DNA from: Octopus vulgaris
Lineage: Eukaryota
Direction: 5' to 3'
Length of the DNA: 64,000 nucleotides
Assembly (NCBI GenBank): GCA_951406725.2
Contig: OX597823.1
Coordinates: 70,928,001-70,992,000 of the forward strand
Part shown: in pieces, positions 55,210-64,000 of the stretch
Layout of the letters: every line of letters starts with the position of its first letter
How positions within the stretch are numbered: the stretch's first letter is position 1
Made by a program: the position numbers and the translations under genes
The notes under the pieces: model-generated
What the model was told of the DNA's origin: nothing
The model's database searches: none
What the model saw: only the letters and a program-made list of their open reading frames with translations

Positions 55210-55931
55210 AAAATCACAATAAGGGTGGAAAAAATTGAATATTAATTAATAACATCAATTTAAAACACCAAGTGGCCTAGCGTATAAAAAGACTGGGATA
55301 CAGTAAAAATTATTAATACAAATATTTAGAGAGAGTCTACATGTGGTCACTCTAACGCTAGACATAGAGATCCGCAAAGGGAATCCACCACTAAAGAATT
55401 TTTCTCAAGAATTAATACAACACGCTAAGAATGTAAGCGAGCAGGACAAATGAAAAATAACAAAAAAAAAAAGATTAACTCTATACAATTGTTTCATCGT
55501 TAATAGATTGTGTAATTTTACTTACACAATCATTTCCGAATCGTCAGTAGAGTATATCAAACATATAATTTGCTGGACCGAACGGCAAAATACACACGAA
55601 GCCGAACAAAGGCGAACGGTATAGCCGATTATATTCGCAGTTACGTTCAAATATCCTCATTCTGGCGCGTTGAATCCCCGGATGCAAATACTACCCCAGT
55701 AATTTACTGCCGGTTTGAGAACATATTAATTTATAATTAAAATCACAATAAGGGTGAAAAAAATTGAATATTAATTAATAACATCAATGTAAAACACCAA
55801 GTGGCCTAGCGTATAAAAAGACTGGGATACAGTAAAAATTAGTAATACAAATATTAAGGCGGTGGATTCCCTTTGCGGATCCATATCTAGCGTTAGAGTG
55901 ACCACATGTGGACTCTCTCTCTCTTAATATT

Positions 55932-55935
<4 letters not shown>
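55210..55935 (-). mobile_element. ~530 bp-period partial-tandem non-coding element containing a hammerhead
   Basis: 55210-55326 is nearly identical to 55739-55856. The following ~62 bp are inverted in the second copy. (TA)n on both sides. Confidence 0.75.
55478..55553 (-). ncRNA. Type I hammerhead ribozyme with a long stem II
   Basis: The minus strand reads ACTCTA-CTGACGA-[ttcg..GATTGTGTAA gtaaaa TTACACAATC..cgat]-GAAA-CAATTG-TA-TAGAGT: 6-bp stem I, palindromic stem III ACAATTGT, GUA triplet, and a U-U mismatch at the base of stem II. Confidence 0.75.
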
Positions 55936-55991
<56 letters not shown>

Positions 55992-56040
55992 TTATATATA
56001 TTCATATATATATATATATATATATATGGATGCGAAATCA

Positions 56041-56183
56041 CCTACAGTTGCTAGAAATAAGAGCAAAGAAATTTTACTCGAATACCACACAAAATCAATA
56101 ACATCATGAAATGTTCATGAGGTTAGTGATTTTGTGTGGCTATTCAAGTTATATTTTTAGCTCTTATTTCTAGCAATTGTAGG
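56041..56183. repeat. Imperfect hairpin (~65 bp arms, short loop)
   Basis: cctacagttgctagaaataagagc..ccacacaaaatca..catgaa pairs with ttcatg..tgattttgtgtgg..gctcttatttctagcaattgtagg. Confidence 0.85.
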
Positions 56184-56293
56184 AGCTACTTTGCACCCTT
56201 ATTTATGTATTCTACATTTTTAATTGCTTTAGCCACCTATATTATAACGTATTTAATATATAATATTAATTTATCGTTATATCTTATTGTATG

Positions 56294-56364
<71 letters not shown>

Positions 56365-57859
56365 TATACACATACATCCATATATTATATATATATATAT
56401 ATAGATATATGCATGTATATGGATAAATAGATAGATAGATCGATAAATTATTAAATATATGTTAGAATGTCAGATAGAATAACTTGTATTACTTGTTTGT
56501 TCTGAGTCTCTGCGCATTGAGTTCAAATTATGCCGAGATCATCTTTACCGTCCATCCTTTCAGAATTGCTAATCCGGGGCCGAAAATTGGTGGAATTGTC
56601 AGAGCATTTGGTGGGATGTCAAACGATATGTCTTTCTGCTCTCCTCGTTCTGAAACCAACGTATGGGAGAACATGAGTGTAAATTTGCAACGGTATTGCT
56701 TTCGTCCTGGACAACATCGGAAGTATAGAGAGGTGAGGCTTAGATGCATGGGCAGCTGCTTTTCTTGCACAAAATCCTTATACAGGTTTCCACCATACCA
56801 TGAAGGCAAACTTTCCAGGTGCTGACTCTCATTCGGAAAAAAGCAACTGTTTAGTCATTATTCTATTTGCCCCGCATCACTAACCTAGCTTTTTACTCTG
56901 CGATATCTACATACGTACATACATACATACATACATACATACATACATACATACATACATACATACGCACACACAGAGTATACTATTCATGCATATAGGC
57001 ACACACAGCAAAAATAATATTAGGTTAGGTGTAGAACTCTTGTCTAAGTACAGCTCTTTCATTTGAACCAAAAGTAGATTAACTTATGTAAGCAGAAAAT
57101 TGAAGGGAAAATGTTCATGTTAACGGAAGGTTACGTCCGATCACATGTCGCGTAAGTTAGAGACTATCAGCCACATTGACGAGAATAGTAGTCTTTCGTT
57201 GACTTGCATATGCACATCATATACACATACAAGGTTATGCCTTTTCAGTCGAAGAACAGAAGACATTTACTATGTACCTGATCATCAAGAGAGAAAAGAA
57301 TACCTCTATATCTCCACAGTGTATCAGACCAATAAGGAAATATTGCCTACGTCATCGATACCTGCCCAAAAGTGTTCGTAAATCCCTACAGTATTGTCGT
57401 AATAGCTATAACAAAGCATGTCATAACTAGAATGTATTCAAATCTTAAAATTATAATATTGGAACATACTAGCAAAGTATCGATCTGGTATATGCATAAC
57501 AGGCCAAATATTCTTCTATTTCTCAGTGAACAGAAGTATGGACAGTTTTCCGGGTGGTGTCTCGCGTTAAACATTGGGGAAAAAAGGACATCAGCAAAGG
57601 ACCTATGAGAAACACCCTTTATATCTGGGTTATAGATTTTTATTTGTTTTGGATATTATAGATTCACATCTAAAATGCAAAAACATCTAAAAATGCTGGG
57701 GCCCTAAAAAGAAGGAACAAAACAAACAAAAAAAACGGAAACCGATTCTTATGATCCAAATTAGTGGAGGATGAGTATTAGTTTGTAAAACATTCCAGAA
57801 ACTTTCCATTTGATGTTCCTATGCTCACAATCACACGTATATCTGACAGACACACAGAT

Positions 57860-58250
57860 GGAAGCACTCCGCCAGTTACGACGACGAGGGTTCCGGTTGA
57901 TCCGAATCAACGGAACAGCCTGCTCGTGAAATTAACGTGTAAGTGGCTGAGCACTCCACAGACACGTGTACCCTTAACGTAGTTCTCGGGGATATTCAGC
58001 GTGACACAGAGAGTGACAAGGCCGGCCCCTTGAAATACAGGTACAACAGAAACAGGAAGTAAGAGAGAGAGAGAGAGAGAGAGAGTTGTGGTGAAAGAGT
58101 ACAGCAGGGATCACCACCATCCCTGCCGGAGCCTCGTGGAGCTTTAGGTGTTTTCGCTCAATAAACACTCACAACGCCCGGTCTGGGAATCGAAACCGCG
58201 ATCCTACGACCGCGAGTCCGCTGCCCTAACCACTGGGCCATTGCGCCTCC
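57860..58250 (-). mobile_element. tRNA-derived SINE (family C), full length
   Basis: A box tggcccagtgg and B box ggtttcgattcc on the minus strand. Perfect 14-bp TSD acagacacacagat (57846-57859, 58251-58264). Confidence 0.92.
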
Positions 58251-59649
58251 ACAGACACACAGATACACATAAGCAGTAACAAAAGACGCACACACAAGTA
58301 GTAACGAAACAAGCACACACAAATAGTAAGGAAACACGCACACACACACGCACTTGTGTACTTAAGTGATATGCATGCTGACTATATAGAAGCAAGTTTA
58401 ACCCCGCACGCATCTACACGCATGCATGCATTAACTAACTCAAATATTCACCCACCCGAAAGCTGTCTTCACTTAAACAAAGAGCACTGAAACCAGCTGG
58501 ATGTTTACCATCACGATATTCTTTCTGTCCTGTCTTAATCCTGCTCCCTTCTTCATATCTATCCACATGTCTTGGTTTCACTTTTCCTTTTTTGCCCATT
58601 CATCTTACATTGTATTAACCGTAATTATATTTTCCAATTAAGCCCCTACAATATTTTAGTTTTCTTTTCTTTTTATAATGTTTGCCCCTTTAGTCCTTCC
58701 TCATTAGTTTTATGTTCTGATCATAATGATCACAACCTTCTATATACCTACATCTATGTCCTTACATCAACATATGCCTACATCTATATGCCTAAACATT
58801 TCTTTATGTCTTCATCTGAAAGGCTTATAATATATTTGATAACAGTTTTGTGTATATTGAGCGCTTTCCTTATAATAATACACAGAACTTTAAATAATGT
58901 CTTAGTTACAGCTTTTTTTGTTGTTGATATTAAGTTCTTCACTAGCCTGTTTAACTGTTGTTTTTTGTTAAATACATTTCGAATTATTTTAATTCTCTTC
59001 TTTATTTCTTCACTTTCTACGTTTCCTTATTGAATACATCCCAGGATTATGATATTCAGTCTGTCCAATTCTCTTTCCCTTAACTGTAATATTTATCTAT
59101 GATATTACTGATTACCACTTCGTTTACTTAACTGTAATTTGTATTGTATAGGATATTCCATTGTCATTTACAATAGCTGCAATGTTCTATAAGTGATCTC
59201 TGGGCATAAGTTAAATAAATTATAGGCCAATCCTCGGTTTTTAAGCACTTCCTTATTCTTAAATTCCGAGGTATTCCCTGTTCAATTTTTTAATTGTATT
59301 CTGATAGACCTTCGAGCGTCTTCTCATTTTTACTCTCCTTTATGCCTTGGTATAATTTATAAAGCATTTGTACACAAATTGATATATATCTAGAACTATT
59401 CATTATATGATTCTTTGGTTAAATATTCCTTTATTTGTTCTCTTTGTTTTCCATTCATTCTTTTGCTGTACTTTCTTGAATGAATTTTTTTGGCAGTTGT
59501 CGATTTGCAGAATTCTATAGGTTTTAAGCTGTCGATATTGTTTGAATCGATAGAGCAAATAAGTCCATTATTCATGTTAACAGTTTGAACCACGAAAACA
59601 GAGCAGCCTTGAAACCGGGCATGACCGATGAATTATTTGCTTTATTAAT

Positions 59650-60200
59650 AAAAACAACATCGATTTGACAAACGAAAAACAACCCAGTTGTTCTGTTTTA
59701 TGGTAATTGTCAACTAGGAGCTATTACCCAGTTCATATCAGCTGTTGTTGAAACGTATTTATTTTTTGGAATGATAACCCTAAAATTCAGCTCAGTTTGT
59801 TGGGGCAAAGTTTCTTTGGATATTTGAAATCCGCTGTTAGCAGATGGCTGCTTCTATTGACTGTCAACGTTTGTCTAGAATGAGTCAACATTACTATCTT
59901 TTAGTTTCCAACGATTTTATTGTACATCTATTTTAATTTTACGATTTATCTCGTTGTTAGCTGAACTGAGTGACATGTCTTGAAAGATAGTACGATGGTG
60001 TTAGAAATATTCGCTTATGTACAGAGGAGTCAAAACATTTATTTCAATGTAGTAACTTTTCGGGATGATATATGTGTTGCAACTAATCTCTTATATATTA
60101 AATATTCCTGGCTAGAAACCTTAGACAGTTATCTGAGGCCATATGGTATTCAGTTAAAATTCGTTGCCGATTTCACACTTTACAAATATTGAACCATAAT
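59650..60200 (+). pseudogene. Possible PLE reverse transcriptase relic
   Basis: FRDDICVA...LRPYGIQLK resembles the PLE YRDD motif region. Highly degenerate. Confidence 0.35.
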
Positions 60201-61029
60201 ATAATGACATTTACAAACAAGTCACATAAAGAAATAGCGCATTCATTTCGTTGAAAGAGTTTAGGAATTACAGCAGGATAAAACGTTGTGATTAGTGAGA
60301 AAAAGCAGATCAGTTTAAAAAAGTAATTCCAAGAAATAAAACAATATAAGAATAGAAACAACTTCTTGTAGATTATTCGAAAGAGTTACAAGAAAAATGT
60401 CTTGTGTGATTAATATCTATGCACAAACACAAACATACACACACACACACACACATACACACTCGCTCACACATTACACACTTATTCATACATACACACG
60501 CACAGACAAGAATACGTTCACATATGCATAAAATGTACATATAATAAAATCTTCCCGTTAGCCAGTAAGGGTGATACTACGTGACTGCGCAGCTTTGAAA
60601 TAACAGTCAAATCATCCTCTAATCCCGCACAGCTATCTCAAAAAAAAAGAGAAGGGCATGCAGTAAAGGTGATAAGGCTATTTGATTTGGTCAAGATAGT
60701 TGCTAGGATTTACAAATATTTGGATGCGTCAGTGTATATGATTTTATAAACTTACACTCGGGTGATATATGCGTATACCACTTTAGTTCACAAGCGTATA
60801 TTTTTCATTAAAGTTTAAGTATGTACGTGCTTGTATACATCATATGCACTTGCAACTGTGGACACTTCTTAATTCAAAGAAACTTAAATGAAAAGTTCTT
60901 ACAATTTTTTTTTAGATTTTCATGGTACCATTAATTGATCGTACTAGAAGTATGCCAATAAATTTGCTACGTTCTTTCTTAACAAACGGAAACATTTCTT
61001 GGCTTTTGTGCAAATCTCTGTACTTAAGA

Positions 61030-61540
61030 TACAAATGAAAATCTATAGTCCGGATATAAGAGTGTAAGTTTCCCATTAGTTCACCAAAAATACTGTTTTC
61101 TTTAATTTTAGATACTTATTCGTTGGGCAGCTGACTTCAACAATAGTGCATAATTTTTGTTCCTTGTTTCATGGAACAATATCAAGCCTATCACATTTGA
61201 ACCGGATTGTTGTTCTTATTGGAGTGTTCCACAAGTATTTTTAAGGCGGGTCAAGAATGCCTTAGGCATTCAAGTAAATTCTTCCATTGAAAAGCAACGT
61301 AAGTTGTTTTGGCAACAATGCCATGACACCTGCGAAGGAATACCTTGCAGATATTTTTGGACAGTTACTGATGGTATATTTGATAATCTCTCTACTGATA
61401 TGGGACAACCAACATTTTCTATCAAAACCTGAAGGTTTAGTGACATCCTTATTTTTCTTATTCGTCTGATATTTAGAAGCCATCTTTTGTTTCTGGATAG
61501 TAAAGTGGGTCCAGGAGAAGCTAATCTTCCTGTCAATGCT
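61030..61540 (-). pseudogene. Possible PLE (Neptune-type) RT relic
   Basis: Ordered weak motifs GRLASP, IENVGCPISVERL, LLFNG and VIGLIL resemble RLINP, FDIxxFYPSI, SLLF and ELVGLYIL. Confidence 0.4.
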
Positions 61541-62610
61541 TCTGAATTTCTTTAGCTTTCAGGATGTCTACAGAGGCACAGCAATTTAATGATTTGATGA
61601 GTGTTTCACTTCTAGGTTTCTGTTTAGATAGGTCAGCCCAGTTACCCTTGGCTCATATGCAACAGCTGTACATTCACAGTACTTACTCAGCGGTTATTCA
61701 ACTAATCTCATGATGTCATTATTTTCGATTTTGAGTGCACACATGATCAACTCATTTCTCGTTCATTGTTCAGTAAGAGTTAGCTGAGTGATACGATGTG
61801 ACACTCAAATTCCTTCTACAGTGATTTCGTGTCACTGCCTCTATTCCCCTGTTTAACACCAATCTTGTCAGTGCCACTGACCACTGTTGCTGTTGAGTTT
61901 AAGTTGTTTGACTTGATGTTCAAATTGCACGTCTTTACAAGTGTACAATCGAATATCCCTAAGTTGTACCAGCACAGCTCTGTATGTAGACAGCTGTGAC
62001 TTTCATAGAGTCAAATGTCTGCTCTAACAAATGCAATATACAATATTCTCATTAGTGCCATGGTATGCGCAACATCGATCACTGGAAGATTGCGGAGATA
62101 TACAGGCTATGGAAATTATATTCGTCGTGTGGTTGACAAACTTTCTTGAGTCATTGCCAAATATGAGCATATTTGTATGTATTTTCGTATATATTTATGT
62201 ATATATTTATGTATGTTTTTGTAAGTATAACTGTTGCTATAAGTGATAATGATGATGATGATGACAGTGGTAGTAAAAAGGATATTGAAAGAGAGTATGA
62301 AAAATGAAAGTGCAAATAATGTGATGGTAGTGATGTCAATGAAGCTAATAATGATGATGGCAATGGTGATGATTGCAGTTGTTCCAGTCCGCTCTGGCGG
62401 CAAAGAAAAAAATTATAGTTGCAGGATTTTAATGTTTGGGTGAATCGAGATGACTGAAGTGTTTATAGGTTCGCACATGTTTTATGAATACAAGAAATTC
62501 ATAAAATACATAGTATTAATAATATTGATAGTAATAATAATAATATACAAGCCTCATATTTGAATATAAAAAAGCAAAAAATACCCAGAAACTCACACAT
62601 AAACACATGC

Positions 62611-62648
<38 letters not shown>

Positions 62649-62650
<2 letters not shown>

Positions 62651-63023
62651 TCTTTACTCTTTTCTCTTTTACTTGTTTCAGTCATTTGACTGCGGCCATG
62701 CTGGAGCACCACCTTTTAGTACTTATTCTATCGGTCTCTTTTTGCCGAACCGCTAAGTGACGGGGACCTAAACACACCAGCATCGGTTGTCAAGCAATGT
62801 TAGGGGGACAAACACAGACACACAAACACACACACATATACATATATATACATATATACGACAGGCTTCTTTCAGTTTCCGTCTACCAAATCCAGTCACA
62901 AGGCATTGGTCGGCCCGGGGCTATAGCAGAAGACACTTGCCCAAGATGCCACGCAGTGGGACTGAACCCGCAACCGTGTGGTTGGTTAGCAAGCTACTTA
63001 CCACACAGCCACTCCTGCGCCTA
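62649..63023 (-). mobile_element. SINE family A (short internal deletion)
   Basis: Homologous to the other family A copies. Confidence 0.92.
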
Positions 63024-64000
63024 TTAAATATATATACATATTTGTGCATGTATAATCTATCAACGCACATATATATTCACATATAGATAATATAGTTAAT
63101 ATTGGTATAGATAGATACATGCATTCACTCGCTATACAGTGATTTATAAATACAGCAATACATAAGTTGGTATACCATCACTTATGCATAGTTAGCAGGT
63201 ATAGGTGACATATAGATACGGTACTAGAGTGGATTATCGACAGGTAAACTAGTGAATGGTTAAGGATTGAATTATCAAATAAATAAGATGCATGAATACA
63301 AGAATGAATGAATATATAAGTGAAAGATGGGAAAAATTTACGCAAGTAGAAGAATCAAAAAGAAGCCTGCAGATAATTGAAGAAATAAAATTACAAAAGA
63401 GGAAGTCAAACCGTTTGGGGAAATCGTAAAGATTGAAGTGTTTATAGCTCCATGTAGTCTTCTGAACTGAAGATGTGATTCTGTTAGGAAGGTTATGTTT
63501 GGTGAATGCAAAGGCTACGCAGTTGGAAGTTTCCGTTGTTAGATTTTAGTGTGGATAAGATTTTCAGTCAGGGGGCGTATGATGTCTTTAAACTGCGTCT
63601 GCGGATTATTTAACGAAGTATCTAAATAAGAATGGGAATAATGATGTGATTTAACAGGGTTGAATGTCATGCCTATATAAAATTCATAAAAGGTGTTGAC
63701 AATACATTTGCTGACAATAAGCTTAGATAAGTGGTTGTTATCGAAAGGACATTTATTGATACTCGTGCAATAACCGATTTTGGCTTTGTGAAGGTTAAAT
63801 GTAACTGAATTCATGTCAATTTTACGTGTGCTAAAAAATATGATTTTGATCGTATTTTTCTTGAGAAACCTATAGTAATTATGGTTTGTAAGGAAATGTT
63901 TTCTAAGTGAAACAAAGAAGTTTTAGTATTGCGGATGTCTACTTCAATATGGTATCGAAGTATGAACTGTCTAATGTCCTCATTTCTGTTGCCGTTTCGG

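Noticed and set aside
56528-56825. Overlapping non-repetitive ORFs (93 and 113 aa) as a possible host exon
   Set aside because: No recognisable domain or splice evidence. BLASTX or RNA-seq would be needed.
58175-58250. tRNA-like sequence (also 5600-5665 and 10560-10633)
   Set aside because: These are SINE heads followed by SINE bodies; no complete cloverleaf or acceptor stem.

Overview
AT-rich, microsatellite-dense eukaryotic DNA in which I can recognise no host gene, rRNA, intact tRNA or CRISPR array. The repeat content (several tRNA-headed SINE families, mariner and maT transposons, Penelope-like relics, Dong/R4, RTE, Gypsy) looks like an Octopus/cephalopod intron or intergenic region; this is an inference from recalled repeat families. 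Almost all listed ORFs are microsatellite translations. The real coding remnants are all transposable-element derived: mariner transposases (5.7-6.4 kb, 16.2-17.5 kb, and a fragment at 44.4 kb), a maT/DD37D-like transposase (35.3-36.5 kb), an RTE LINE with a 5' inversion (41.0-41.9 kb), an RT-less Gypsy/Mag LTR element (45.3-50.2 kb) with an ORF1-only L1/Tx1-like insert in its 5' LTR, and many Penelope-like (PLE) RT and GIY-YIG fragments. The most notable unannotated signals are: (i) several type I hammerhead ribozyme motifs, some in short non-coding partial-tandem units resembling retrozymes or non-autonomous PLEs; (ii) a 1.9-kb near-perfect palindrome and a series of 140-400 bp hairpins; (iii) a SINE whose 3' tail matches the ORF1-only LINE in the same window; (iv) a twin-priming signature in an RTE element. 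Coordinates were read by eye, so the ends of degenerate elements are approximate.
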